Shown: positions 30,701-41,661 of the stretch, piece by piece
Layout of the letters: each line of letters begins with the position of its first letter
Numbering within the stretch: position 1 is the stretch's first letter
DNA from: a bacterium
GTDB taxonomy: Bacteria > Patescibacteriota > Saccharimonadia > CAILAD01 > GCA-016700035
Length of the DNA stretch: 64,000 nucleotides
Assembly (NCBI GenBank): GCA_016700035.1
Contig: CP064998.1
Coordinates: 526,790 to 590,789, forward strand
Reading direction: 5' to 3'
Translations under genes and position numbers: made by a program
The notes under the pieces: model-generated
Told to the model about the DNA's origin: nothing
Database searches by the model: none
What the model saw: only the letters and a program-made list of their open reading frames with translations

Positions 30701-32737
30701 TTAATCAAGCGACGTAACGGCTTTGAGGCTATTCACAACCGCTATGACTTGAGGATATTTTACAATTTTTTCCTGCTTTAGGAAAGAGTCGACTACTTTT
30801 TGCGCAGATTTTACTTGATATGTGTCATGCAGGCTCGCAAATCGAAAGTCTGCCACGCCAGATTGACGCACGCCAAAACGCTGACCAGCTCCTCGATTAG
30901 CTAAGTCAATTTCAGCTAGCCGGAAGCCATCATTAGTGCGAGCTAGAGCTCCCACACGTTGGCGTGAAGAATTATCTTCTGTGGTAAACAAATAACACTC
31001 CGAAGCGATGTCACTACGCCCCACTCGCCCCCGAAGCTGATGCAAGGTAGCCAAACCAAACCGATCGGCCGACTCCACCAGCATTACACTAGCCTTATCG
31101 ACATGGACACCAACTTCTATAACGGTCGTAGCTACCAAAATATCTAGCTCACCACTGGCAAACTGAGTCATGACCGCATCTTTTTCCTCGGGCTTGAGTT
31201 TGCCATGCAATAAACCGATCCGACGATGTCGGAACACCGTCCGCGACAACCGTTGCATCTCTTGTTTAACTGCTCGCGAGCCACTAGGGTCAGCCACATC
31301 AATCGCTGGACACACTATATAAGCCTGCTCACCCCGCTCCAAACGCTTATCTATCTCGGCATACACCCGAGCCCTATCTTCCTCCGGGCAAATGTGTGTC
31401 TGGACTGGCTGTCGACCAGGTGGCATATCAGTTAAGAGCGAAACATCTAAATCACCAAATGCCACTAGCCCAAGAGTGCGCGGAATTGGTGTAGCCGTCA
31501 TGGTTAGCACGTGGGGCAATCGACCTGCCTTATCCTTTAGGCTAAGGCGCTGATTAACCCCAAACCGATGTTGCTCATCTACCACCACCAAACCAAGCCG
31601 AGGAAACTGGATATTTTTTGTAATAATTGCCTGCGTACCAATCACAATATCGACTTCACCAGCTTGAATGGCGGAAGTTAATTCAAGTCTTTGCTTGGAT
31701 TTTAGATGACTGGCCAGGAGCTCCACCCGAATTCCCCACGGCTTGAGGAGGTCTCGAAAACTTTTTAGATGCTGAGTACCCAAAACTACCGTTGGCACCA
31801 TCACTGCCGTCTGAAAACCAGCTCGAATTGCCATCAGGGCAACAAAAGCCGCCACCAAGGTTTTACCAGAACCAACATCACCTTCTAGCAGTCGACTCAT
31901 TGGCACTCCACGTTCCATATCAGAAAAAATTTGCCAACTAACTCGACGCTGTGAATTGGTTAAACTAAAAGATAGACTAGCCACAAATTCTTGAGCTAGA
32001 GCTTGATTAAACGGCACCACAATACCGGGCTCTGTCTCCAGCTCTTCACGCAATACCCGACTGGTGAGCATATGAAAGAAAAGCTCACCAAAAGCCATGC
32101 GAGACTGGGCCTGCTGTAGCTTTTTTGTATCCGTCGGTTCGTGTAGCTCCCGAACAGCCTGAGCTAATGGCATGAGTTTCTGGGTGCTTAAAACTACCTC
32201 TGGCAAAGGGTCGACTAACTCATCAACAGCAGGCAGACATTGGCGCACCAAACTGCGTAAAATCTTTGAGTTTATCTTAGCCGTCTCTGAGTAAATTGCC
32301 GATATTTTACCGGCTCGATCAATACTAGACGGACGCTCAAACTGAGGCTGAACCACACTAAAAACACCGGCCTTAAACTTTAATTCTCCGGTAAAAAAAT
32401 ATTCCTCCCCGGTCTTTAGCTGATCTGCAATGTATGGAGCATGAAACCAGGTCAGCTTCAGTGAGCCAGTATCATCAATAACAATGGCCTCCGTAATTAC
32501 CATCCGTCGATTACGAACAGCCCGCCGTACAGCTACGTCTTCCACCCTTGCTCGCACCGCAATCAAGCCGGGTCGCAATTGAGCAATTGGTTTTAGTGCG
32601 GAAAAATCATCGTAACGTCGAGGAAAATAATCTAGTAAGTCACGTACTGTAACGAAACCCATACGCGCCAGCTCACGTTCTGTTACCTCACCAACCCCCT
32701 TTAAAGTAGACAGGTGTGTCTCAAGCCGTACATTCAT
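30701..32737 (-). CDS. recG: ATP-dependent DNA helicase RecG
   Basis: A wedge domain is followed by Walker A GDVGSGKT and DEQHRFG. 678 aa. Confidence 0.9.
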   Translation of the reverse strand: MNVRLETHLSTLKGVGEVTERELARMGFVTVRDLLDYFPRRYDDFSALKPIAQLRPGLIAVRARVEDVAVRRAVRNRRMVITEAIVIDDTGSLKLTWFHAPYIADQLKTGEEYFFTGELKFKAGVFSVVQPQFERPSSIDRAGKISAIYSETAKINSKILRSLVRQCLPAVDELVDPLPEVVLSTQKLMPLAQAVRELHEPTDTKKLQQAQSRMAFGELFFHMLTSRVLREELETEPGIVVPFNQALAQEFVASLSFSLTNSQRRVSWQIFSDMERGVPMSRLLEGDVGSGKTLVAAFVALMAIRAGFQTAVMVPTVVLGTQHLKSFRDLLKPWGIRVELLASHLKSKQRLELTSAIQAGEVDIVIGTQAIITKNIQFPRLGLVVVDEQHRFGVNQRLSLKDKAGRLPHVLTMTATPIPRTLGLVAFGDLDVSLLTDMPPGRQPVQTHICPEEDRARVYAEIDKRLERGEQAYIVCPAIDVADPSGSRAVKQEMQRLSRTVFRHRRIGLLHGKLKPEEKDAVMTQFASGELDILVATTVIEVGVHVDKASVMLVESADRFGLATLHQLRGRVGRSDIASECYLFTTEDNSSRQRVGALARTNDGFRLAEIDLANRGAGQRFGVRQSGVADFRFASLHDTYQVKSAQKVVDSFLKQEKIVKYPQVIAVVNSLKAVTSLD

Positions 32738-33921
32738 ACTTGTATGCGAACAAATCGGCGTTTACCAATCTGAATAGTCATGCCAGCTCGCAACTCAATA
32801 TCATCGGCTAGCTCAACTACCGTGCCATCTATGCGCACGCCATCTTGCGAAATTAGGCGACGAATTTCACTCTTAGTTAGGCCAAAAGCATTTGCCATCA
32901 GACCAACTGGATCGGCTAACTCCTTATCATCAGCGCGATAATCCGAGATATCGGTCGGCATCTCACCAGCGCGAAACTGCTTATTCCAGGCTTCTTCAGC
33001 CGCCTCGGCTACTTTTGCGCCATAATAACGCCCCACAATCTCCCGCGCCAAACTAGCCTTAGTATCGCGCGGGTTAGCACCTGTAGCCATATCTCGCTCA
33101 ATAGCCTCCACTATTTCCAGGTCAACATCAGTTGCAAGCTTAAAATAATGCGGAATCAGCTCGTCATTTAAGGCCATCACTTTTCCGTACATATCTTTTG
33201 GTTCATCAGTAATAAAAATACAATTGGGCTGAGTTTTGCTCATCTTTTTGCCATCTGGACCAATCAACAACTCCGTCACCATCACAGCTTGTGGTACCTG
33301 GTTTGAGCGTTTTTGCAAAGTTCGTCCAGCCATCATATTAAAGAGTTGATCATTACCGCCAAGCTCAATATCGGCATGCAGAGCAACTGAATCATAACCT
33401 TGCATTACTGGATACAAAAACTCCTGCAAGCCAATCGGTTTACCATTATCATAGCGGGCCCTAAAATTATCCCGCTCCAGCATCTGTGCCACCTTAAATT
33501 CACTCGCTAAAAGTAAAATATCGACAAATTCAAGTTGCTTCAGCCATTCTGAGTTGTAGCGAATTTCAGCTTTCGATAAATCAACAATCTTACCAATCTG
33601 ATTTAAGTAGCTCTTCATATTATGTCGGACATCCTCACGACTCATCTGCTGGCGCTCTGCGCTTTTATCTGAAGTGTCGCCAATCATAGCGGTATAATCG
33701 CCAATTAGAATAATCACCTGATGACCAAGCTCCTGAAACTCACGTAATTTCCAATACACCACAGCATGCCCAAGATGAATCCGATCACCGGTCGGATCGA
33801 TGCCAAACTTGACTCGCAAAGGCTTACGCCCATCAAGTCGACGAGCTAATTCATCTCGTACAATTACATCTTCTAAGCCACGTGTAAGTAACTGCTCCTT
33901 GCGTTGTGCCACGGTTTTCAT
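32734..33921 (-). CDS. tyrS: tyrosine--tRNA ligase
   Basis: HIGH motif (DPTGDRIHLGH), KMSKT motif and a C-terminal S4 domain. 395 aa. Confidence 0.92.
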   Translation of the reverse strand: MKTVAQRKEQLLTRGLEDVIVRDELARRLDGRKPLRVKFGIDPTGDRIHLGHAVVYWKLREFQELGHQVIILIGDYTAMIGDTSDKSAERQQMSREDVRHNMKSYLNQIGKIVDLSKAEIRYNSEWLKQLEFVDILLLASEFKVAQMLERDNFRARYDNGKPIGLQEFLYPVMQGYDSVALHADIELGGNDQLFNMMAGRTLQKRSNQVPQAVMVTELLIGPDGKKMSKTQPNCIFITDEPKDMYGKVMALNDELIPHYFKLATDVDLEIVEAIERDMATGANPRDTKASLAREIVGRYYGAKVAEAAEEAWNKQFRAGEMPTDISDYRADDKELADPVGLMANAFGLTKSEIRRLISQDGVRIDGTVVELADDIELRAGMTIQIGKRRFVRIQV

Positions 33922-34009
33922 AACTTGATTGTATCAGATAAAAGGACTGCATAACAAAAGTGCATAGCACAGCTATTTTTAAGTAATAATGCTATAATAA
34001 TAAGCACTC

Positions 34010-36712
34010 ATGGCGAAACGTCGCACAGCTAGATCCCCTAGACGAGTCGTGCACCGCACACCGTCCCATCACCCGGAGGCTCGTAAATTACAAAACCCTT
34101 CAAGCGCGAAGGGCTGGGCTCGCTTACATCCAAAAGCTATTTGGGGAGCAATCACCTCCAAAAAAGGACGTCGCATCATTGCCATATCCTTCGCCGGACT
34201 ATTCCTGATAGTTTTAGCTGTATTCCTGTGGATCGCCAAAGACCTACCCAGCCCCAATAAAATTAACTCTAAAATATCAGCCCAAACCACCAAACTTTAT
34301 GACCGCACTGGCCAACATGTTTTAGTCGAGATTTATGGCGATAAAAACCGATCAGTAGTTGAACTTGACCAGATCCCCCAAGATTGTCGTAACGCCACAA
34401 TTGCCCTCGAAGACAAGAACTTTTATAAACAAGGCGCCTTCTCACTCGCGGGTATTGGCCGAGCACTAACTGGTGTTATCTTCAAGGACCCTTCTAAGGG
34501 CGGCGGCTCAACAATTACTCAGCAATATGTTAAAAACGCCTTTTTAACCAGTGAACGCACACCAGCCCGCAAGCTCAAAGAAATTATTTTAGCTGTCCAA
34601 ATTGAGCTACTTTATAAGAAGGATGATATCCTTAAGCTTTATTTAAATGAAATTCCCTATGGCTCGACCGCCTACGGTATTCAGGCAGCTGCCAAAACAT
34701 ACTACAGCAAGGATGCAAAAGATCTTACTTTAGGTGAATGTGCCACTCTTGCCTCACTTCCTCAGGCCCCGAGTTATTACAATCGTAACAAAAATGCCCT
34801 AGCTGGCCGACAAGAAACTGCTTTGCAATACATGGCTGAGCAAGGCTACATCACAAAGGAACAAGCTGACACCGCTCTAGCCGAAGAAGCTATTGCCAAA
34901 ATGAAGATTAATAACTTTGCAGCCAACATCACCGCTCCACATTTTGTTCAGTACGTACGTGATCAGCTCGAAGACAAGTACGGGGTAAAGCGCGTCAACG
35001 AAGGTGGCCTCAAGGTAGTTACTTCGCTAGATATTGATAAGCAAAAAATCGCCGAGGAGTCAGTCAAAAACGGGATTGCCAATGTCCGAAAGTTTGGTGG
35101 TAGCAATGCGGCCATCGTGTCAGCCGATGCAGAGTCTGGAGAAGTTTTAGCCATGGTTGGTAGTTACGACTATAACGATCCGGAAGTTGGCAACTTCAAT
35201 GTTGCGGCCGCAAATCGCCAACCTGGCTCTTCAATTAAGCCAATTATCTACGCCTCGATGTTTAAGGGTAATTGGGGTCCCGGATCCACTCTGTATGATG
35301 TGCAGACAGATTTTGGCGGTGGCTACACACCTAAAAACTACACCGGACGATTCTATGGCGTGCAGTCAGTTCGTACCTCCCTGGCAAGCTCCTTGAACAT
35401 CCCCGCGGTTAAGGCTCTTTATCTAGCTGGAATTCCACAGACTATTCAAACCGCCAACGATATGGGTATTTCAACTTACACCAAAGGCGATGCTAGTCGT
35501 CTAGGCTTGTCGATGGCGCTTGGCTCTGGCGAAGTGAAGCTCACTGAGATGGTTAATGCCTTTACCACCTTCCCTTCGGAAGGCTCTGTGCGCGACCAAG
35601 TAACAGTACTAGAGGTTAGCGACTCCACTGGCAAGATTATCGAAAAAAATACCGTAGAATCCAATAAGTCACGCCAGGTTTTAGATCCTCAAATTGCCTA
35701 TGAAATTAATTCCATCCTTTCCGATAACCAAGCTCGCTGTTCACTCGGAGCATTCTCGTGCAATAATCCACTTGTTATCCGTGGTAAAACTGTAGCCGCC
35801 AAAACCGGTACTACCAACGACTATAAAGACGCTTGGACCATGGGCTACACCAAGAAAACCGTAACTGGCGTGTGGGCCGGCAATAATGACAATAAGCCTA
35901 TGACTCAAGCTGCCTCAATTGTCTCGGCACCAATTTGGCAAGACTATATGGCAAAGGCCACCGTAGCCGAAGGCAACATCCCATTTGAGCAACCCTCTAC
36001 CATGAAGAAGATAGAACTTGATGCCGATACTGGTAAATTACCAAATGATGGTACCAAGCACACTCGCACCGACCTCTTCGCAAGCTGGTACAAGCCCACA
36101 CCTGCACCAGCCAGCTCGGCTGCTAAAATCAATAAGCTAGACGGTAAACTAGCAACTGAATGCACCCCCGTTGATGCCCAGCAAGATATTACCGCCAACT
36201 CAATATCGGCTGAAATACCATCTACCGATATTAGTTTTGCCCGCTGGAATCCACCTGTAGCTGCTCTAGCTGCTGGGCTTGGCCTATCATCAGGTGCTGC
36301 AATACCGACAGAAAAAAGCACTATGCATTCATGCACTGACGTTAAGCCAACGATATCAATCGACGTCAACCCATCTTCAGGCTCATCATTTGTCATATCA
36401 GCCGACGTAACCAGTGGTACTTTCCCGGTTAATCAGCTAACTATCCTCATTAACGACCAACCCTATGCCAATCAAGCCGTGAACGGTACTAGCACTTATC
36501 CAATCGCTATCACGCCAGGGATTATCGGCCCACTTAAAATCCAAGTTAAAGCCAGCGATACCGGCCTATATAGTGCGCTATCAAATACCGAAAGTATCGT
36601 TGGTACCTCTGGTCCAAGTGCGCAAAAAAGTAGCACCCATAATAGTGCTTTAATTAAGTTTTTAAGTTCTAATGATTCAGACTCGCGGCGGCGCTGGAAT
36701 GATGATGACTAA
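34010..36712 (+). CDS. class A penicillin-binding protein (transglycosylase + transpeptidase) with about 230-aa C-terminal extension
   Basis: An N-terminal TM helix. GT51 motifs (EDKNFY, GGSTITQQ). Transpeptidase SSIKP, SLN and KTGTT. 900 aa. Confidence 0.88.
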   Translation: MAKRRTARSPRRVVHRTPSHHPEARKLQNPSSAKGWARLHPKAIWGAITSKKGRRIIAISFAGLFLIVLAVFLWIAKDLPSPNKINSKISAQTTKLYDRTGQHVLVEIYGDKNRSVVELDQIPQDCRNATIALEDKNFYKQGAFSLAGIGRALTGVIFKDPSKGGGSTITQQYVKNAFLTSERTPARKLKEIILAVQIELLYKKDDILKLYLNEIPYGSTAYGIQAAAKTYYSKDAKDLTLGECATLASLPQAPSYYNRNKNALAGRQETALQYMAEQGYITKEQADTALAEEAIAKMKINNFAANITAPHFVQYVRDQLEDKYGVKRVNEGGLKVVTSLDIDKQKIAEESVKNGIANVRKFGGSNAAIVSADAESGEVLAMVGSYDYNDPEVGNFNVAAANRQPGSSIKPIIYASMFKGNWGPGSTLYDVQTDFGGGYTPKNYTGRFYGVQSVRTSLASSLNIPAVKALYLAGIPQTIQTANDMGISTYTKGDASRLGLSMALGSGEVKLTEMVNAFTTFPSEGSVRDQVTVLEVSDSTGKIIEKNTVESNKSRQVLDPQIAYEINSILSDNQARCSLGAFSCNNPLVIRGKTVAAKTGTTNDYKDAWTMGYTKKTVTGVWAGNNDNKPMTQAASIVSAPIWQDYMAKATVAEGNIPFEQPSTMKKIELDADTGKLPNDGTKHTRTDLFASWYKPTPAPASSAAKINKLDGKLATECTPVDAQQDITANSISAEIPSTDISFARWNPPVAALAAGLGLSSGAAIPTEKSTMHSCTDVKPTISIDVNPSSGSSFVISADVTSGTFPVNQLTILINDQPYANQAVNGTSTYPIAITPGIIGPLKIQVKASDTGLYSALSNTESIVGTSGPSAQKSSTHNSALIKFLSSNDSDSRRRWNDDD

Positions 36713-36726
36713 TATTTGGCTGGGGA

Positions 36727-37719
36727 CTATTTTTTATTAGTACTACGAGCTGGTGATTTAATAGACTTTCTCGTTGTCTTTTTTGCTTGTAGGTTTTTAC
36801 GCGGTGTAGCAAAGATCATCTTGCCGGCAACGGTCTGAAAAATTCTAGTAACCTCTGTCTCAACTTCTTGACCCACTATCTTATCTCCACCCTCAACTAC
36901 AATCATAGTACCATCATCTAGGTAGCCAACTCCCTGCCCTTTTTCCTTACCAGTCTGCACAACTCGCACTACCAATATTTCACCGGGCAAAACCACAGCC
37001 CGTAAAGCCTGTGATAGCTCATTCATATTAAGTACTCGCACCGACTCAATAGTGGCAACTCGGTTAAGGTTATAGTCGGTTGTCAAAATATCGGTCTTAA
37101 ACTTCTTAGCTAGATAAACCAGCTTATGGTCAACTTCTTTAATCTTTTTTGGATCCTCATCAGTTATATCTAATTCAACCGCATCACTTTCACGCAACTT
37201 ATTTAAAAGCTCCAACCCACGACGACCCTTACTGCGCCTTAGGGGGTCTTCCGAGTCTGCAATATTTTGCAATTCAGCCAAAACAAATCTTGGCACCAAT
37301 AGCTTGCCTGGCACAAAGCCTGTTGCCGCAATATCAGCTATCCGACCATCAATAATTGCCGAGGTGTCAACTAGAATACGCCCTCGGCTAAACTCTTTTG
37401 TTTTAGGTTTATCCGACTGATTATTATTAGCTTCAGACAGCCTTGGAAACAGTACGCCTATGGCATGATGCTGGTGGTAAAACACCTCAGCCATTGCAAT
37501 TGCCGCCATTAAGGTAATAGTGATTGGTAGAATCGTACTGTATGGCTCAGGTAGCCCATCGATCGGTAGAGATATCAGAGCACCGCTTAATGCTCCAAAT
37601 ATAAAGCCCACTGTAATTAATATAAGTTTTTGTAGACTCAAACGCATTAATCGTATTGCAACATAGCAAACAATTAGCACTGCTACTGCCACCATCGGGA
37701 TAATCAAAGAGTACGGCAT
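36727..37719 (-). CDS. PIN/TRAM-domain membrane protein (YacL-like)
   Basis: N-terminal TM helices, then a PIN-like domain and a C-terminal TRAM-like beta region. It sits in the conserved clpC-radA-yacL neighbourhood. Confidence 0.6.
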   Translation of the reverse strand: MPYSLIIPMVAVAVLIVCYVAIRLMRLSLQKLILITVGFIFGALSGALISLPIDGLPEPYSTILPITITLMAAIAMAEVFYHQHHAIGVLFPRLSEANNNQSDKPKTKEFSRGRILVDTSAIIDGRIADIAATGFVPGKLLVPRFVLAELQNIADSEDPLRRSKGRRGLELLNKLRESDAVELDITDEDPKKIKEVDHKLVYLAKKFKTDILTTDYNLNRVATIESVRVLNMNELSQALRAVVLPGEILVVRVVQTGKEKGQGVGYLDDGTMIVVEGGDKIVGQEVETEVTRIFQTVAGKMIFATPRKNLQAKKTTRKSIKSPARSTNKK

Positions 37720-37731
37720 AAAAATTCCTGG

Positions 37732-39072
37732 TTATTTTTTCTTAGATGAGGCCTTAATGCGAGTCAGTGCCGAAGCAATATCAGCTAAACCAATCACGCC
37801 TTTTTCTTTAAGCGAGGCCGGCGCTAATACATGGTGAAAACCAAGTCGAGAGGCTTCACGAGCACGAGACTGCATAAGATTAACCGATCGAATTTCCCCA
37901 GCCAGACCAACTTCACCGAAACTCGCAAGTGAGCTCGGGATAATGGTGCCATAGTACGCACTAGCTATGGCTAGAATAAGTGCAAGATCAACGGCTGGCT
38001 CGGTAATCTTCAGCCCTCCTACGATACTAACATAGATGTCTTGGTCGGACAACGGAATTCCAGCCCGTTTGGTAAGTACAGCCGACAACAGCCCTAGTCG
38101 GTTTTGGTCAACCCCAACAGCGGCTCGCTTGGGGTAGCTTAATACCGATGGCGATACTAACGCTTGCACCTCCACCATAAGAGGCCGTGTCCCCTCAAGC
38201 GCTACAAATACCGCGCTACCCGGCAAGTCACGTCGCTCGGCAAGTAATATTTCCGATGGATTTACCACCTCCTTAAAACCATTCTCACCCATCTCCAATA
38301 ATGCCACATCACTCGTCGCACCAAACCGATTCTTGCTAGCTTTTACAACCCGCAAGACCCCATACTGATCACCCTCCATGCTCAATACTACATCAACTAA
38401 ATGCTCTAGCAGTTTAGGGCCGGCTAAATTACCCTCCTTGGTGACATGGCCAATAACTATACAGGCGGTATGGGTATTTTTGGCCACTTGCATAATTTTA
38501 TTCGCCACCAAAGTAATTTGACTTGGCGATCCATTCGCCGAGTTAGATTCAGGTGTGGATAATGTCTGAATAGAATCAATAATCACCAGCTGATAATCGC
38601 CAGACTCAATTAACGACGTAGCATCATCAATCACTGTAGTAGCCAAAAGATCTAACTTGACCGCTCCAACCTTGAGCCGATCAGCACGTAGCTTAATTTG
38701 CCGAGCTGATTCCTCACCGGACACATAAAGAACTTTTCCTTGCCCGGCAATTACACTGGCCACCTGTAATACAAGTGTCGATTTACCAACTCCAGGATCA
38801 CCCGACAACAACATTAATGCCCCCGGCACAATACCGCCCCCTAAAACTAAATCTAGCTCAGCTACTCCACTACTAAAGCGTGCCAGTTTTAAATCCTCAA
38901 CATCGGAAAGGCTAATTGGCTTTACGGAATTAGCCCTCCTACTATTCAAGTGGCTTGAGACTAATTCTTCGACAATACTTTCCCATGCCCCACACTGCAG
39001 GCAACGACCAGCCCATTTCGAGCTTTTCGCGCCACACTCCTGGCATACAAATATAGAAGTAGCTTTTGCCAT
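37732..39072 (-). CDS. radA: DNA repair protein RadA/Sms
   Basis: An N-terminal C4 zinc finger (CQECGAKSSKWAGRCLQCGAWE), Walker A GDPGVGKST, KNRFG and a Lon-like C-terminus. Confidence 0.92.
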   Translation of the reverse strand: MAKATSIFVCQECGAKSSKWAGRCLQCGAWESIVEELVSSHLNSRRANSVKPISLSDVEDLKLARFSSGVAELDLVLGGGIVPGALMLLSGDPGVGKSTLVLQVASVIAGQGKVLYVSGEESARQIKLRADRLKVGAVKLDLLATTVIDDATSLIESGDYQLVIIDSIQTLSTPESNSANGSPSQITLVANKIMQVAKNTHTACIVIGHVTKEGNLAGPKLLEHLVDVVLSMEGDQYGVLRVVKASKNRFGATSDVALLEMGENGFKEVVNPSEILLAERRDLPGSAVFVALEGTRPLMVEVQALVSPSVLSYPKRAAVGVDQNRLGLLSAVLTKRAGIPLSDQDIYVSIVGGLKITEPAVDLALILAIASAYYGTIIPSSLASFGEVGLAGEIRSVNLMQSRAREASRLGFHHVLAPASLKEKGVIGLADIASALTRIKASSKKK

Positions 39073-39125
39073 ACTTATATTCTACTAGATTTAAGACAAT
39101 ATTTGTACGGTTTTTTGTTCGTATC

Positions 39126-41603
39126 TCATCCAACTTGAGCTAATCGATTTGCCACATCAAGCTGAACCTCACCTTTTACGGCCTTCACCAGAACCGTGTC
39201 ACCCTCTACAATTTGCTCATTTAATATCGCCTCTGCTAGTGGATCTTCCACTAATGATTGCACAGCCCTGCGCATTGGTCGAGCACCATTATTTACATCG
39301 TATCCCTTCTGAATTAATAGCTTCTTGAGTGAAATATGAAATTTGAGTATCACATCTTTATCTCGCAAACGTCGAGCCAAATCTTGTAATTGTAGATCAA
39401 TAATAGAGCGCACATCTACTCGCGAGAGAGCTTTAAAGATAACAATGTGATCAACGCGATTCAGAAATTCTGGCCGAAAAGTCCGCTTCAACTCTTGCCC
39501 GATGGTGCCACGCATGGTTTCATGTAACTTATCGAGCTTTTTCTGCTCGTCGGCAGTATCGGTTGCAAAGCCAATCTTAGCCTCCTGATAAAGTGCTTTT
39601 GCGCCCACATTACTAGTCATAATAATGATGGTATTACGAAAATCTACAGCCCGACCTTTTGCGTCAGTTAACTGACCATCTTCTAGGATCTGTAGCAACA
39701 TATTGAAAATATCCGGATGAGCCTTCTCTATTTCATCAAATAAAATTAAGCTGTATGGCTTGCGCCGAACCTGTTCAGTTAGCTGACCAGCATCATCATA
39801 GCCAACATACCCAGCCGGCGCACCAACTAAGCGCGACACATTATGGCGCTCCATAAATTCCGACATATCCACTTTTATCATGGCATCTTTGTCATGAAAA
39901 ACTTCTTGGGCTAATGCACGAGCTAACTCTGTTTTACCAACGCCCGTAGGTCCAAGAAAAATGAAAGATCCGATCGGCCTATCGGCATGTGCAATACCAG
40001 TGCGACTACGACGAATCGCCTTAGCAATCACCTCCACTGCTTCATCTTGGCCAATAATCCGCTTCTTTAATGTTGCATCAATCTTTTTGAGTTGCTCTGT
40101 CTCAATTTTTACCAAACGTGTCAGCGGGATGCCAGTGGTATGCGAAATTACTCGAGCAATTTCTTCCTCACCGATATTAATGATCTTCTTAGACGAATCT
40201 CGCTTTTCTTGCATCTCAATTTTTTCTTCTATCACACTAGCTTCCGCTTTTAAGCGGGCAGCATATTCAAAATCTTGGTTATAAACAGCATCTTCTATCT
40301 GATCATTAACTTCAGCAAGACGAGTCTGCAACCCTTTCATACGCTTTGATGTTCCACCCTTTTCAATTCGAGCCAGCGATGAAGCTTCATCAATTAAATC
40401 AATCGCCTTATCTGGCAAAAATCGGTCGGATATGTAGCGCTTAGCCAATTTAGCAGCAGATTCAATTGCCTCATCAGTAATAATTACGCTGTGATGCTCC
40501 TCGTATCTAGGCTTAAGGCCTTGCAACACCTGAACTGTCTCATCAACTGTAGCTTCTGGCACCAACACCGCCTGAAAACGCCTCTCAAGAGCAGCATCTT
40601 TTTCAATATGCTTACGGTATTCATCGATTGTAGTAGCACCAATTACCTGCACCATGCCTCGAGACAGAGCTGGCTTTAAGATGTTAGCAGCGTCAATTGC
40701 TCCCTCGGCCGAACCTGCACCAACCACCGTATGCAACTCATCAATAAAGAGGATAACATCCTTATTTTCGGTTACTTCTTCAATAAGCTTCTTCAAGCGT
40801 TCTTCAAATTCACCACGATATTTTGTCCCTGCGATAACTGTAGCCATGTCAAGCATAATGATACGCTTACCAGCTAAGACATCTGGCACTTCATCTTCTA
40901 CGATACGCGTCGCCAATCCTTCTACGATGGCTGTTTTCCCAACCCCGGGCTCACCAATTAAAACAGGGTTATTTTTTTGGCGCCGATTTAAAATAGAAAT
41001 CATCCGATCTAGCTGAGCCTTACGGCCAACCATCGGATCCAGCTCACCAGCGCGAGCTTTCTGAGTTAAATCAATGCCAAAGTGATCGAGGGCTGGCGTG
41101 TCGCTTTCTTGACGACGTTTGCCACGCTTTTCTGTATCGCCCCCATATAGTGGAGTCTGAGCATTTAAATATTGCTCCAGCTCCAAGCGAATAGTACTTG
41201 GATTAATGGAAATCTCTTTTAATAGCACATTGGCTCGAGCATTTTTTTGCGTCAAAATAGCGTAGAGTAGATGTTCAGTACCAGCATACGGCTGACCAAA
41301 CTCTTGGGCAATCCGTAAAGATAGCGCGATAGTTTTTTTGGCAGTTTGCGAAAGTGACTGCAAGGTATGCGTTGAAACAACGCCATTTGGTGCAATAGTT
41401 AGCTCTAGTTTATCGATTGTAACGCCAGACTGCGCCAAGATCTTAGAACCAATCGAACCCTGAGTTTTAAGCACCCCCAAAAGTAAGTGCTCTGTACCAA
41501 CATAAACCGAGCCGAGGCTAGCAGCTAGCATGCTGGCATGCTCCAGCGAACGCTTAGCGTTCTCGGTAAAGCGATCAAATTGTGGTGGTAAATTTTGTTC
41601 CAT
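39126..41603 (-). CDS. clpC: ATP-dependent Clp protease ATP-binding subunit ClpC
   Basis: Clp-N repeats and two AAA+ modules ([16 protein letters not shown]). 825 aa. Confidence 0.9.
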   Translation of the reverse strand: MEQNLPPQFDRFTENAKRSLEHASMLAASLGSVYVGTEHLLLGVLKTQGSIGSKILAQSGVTIDKLELTIAPNGVVSTHTLQSLSQTAKKTIALSLRIAQEFGQPYAGTEHLLYAILTQKNARANVLLKEISINPSTIRLELEQYLNAQTPLYGGDTEKRGKRRQESDTPALDHFGIDLTQKARAGELDPMVGRKAQLDRMISILNRRQKNNPVLIGEPGVGKTAIVEGLATRIVEDEVPDVLAGKRIIMLDMATVIAGTKYRGEFEERLKKLIEEVTENKDVILFIDELHTVVGAGSAEGAIDAANILKPALSRGMVQVIGATTIDEYRKHIEKDAALERRFQAVLVPEATVDETVQVLQGLKPRYEEHHSVIITDEAIESAAKLAKRYISDRFLPDKAIDLIDEASSLARIEKGGTSKRMKGLQTRLAEVNDQIEDAVYNQDFEYAARLKAEASVIEEKIEMQEKRDSSKKIINIGEEEIARVISHTTGIPLTRLVKIETEQLKKIDATLKKRIIGQDEAVEVIAKAIRRSRTGIAHADRPIGSFIFLGPTGVGKTELARALAQEVFHDKDAMIKVDMSEFMERHNVSRLVGAPAGYVGYDDAGQLTEQVRRKPYSLILFDEIEKAHPDIFNMLLQILEDGQLTDAKGRAVDFRNTIIIMTSNVGAKALYQEAKIGFATDTADEQKKLDKLHETMRGTIGQELKRTFRPEFLNRVDHIVIFKALSRVDVRSIIDLQLQDLARRLRDKDVILKFHISLKKLLIQKGYDVNNGARPMRRAVQSLVEDPLAEAILNEQIVEGDTVLVKAVKGEVQLDVANRLAQVG

Positions 41604-41661
41604 ATCAAGCCTCCTTTCCTAATATGGCATAAGCCGACAAAAGTGCGAGCGTAGCTACCGC

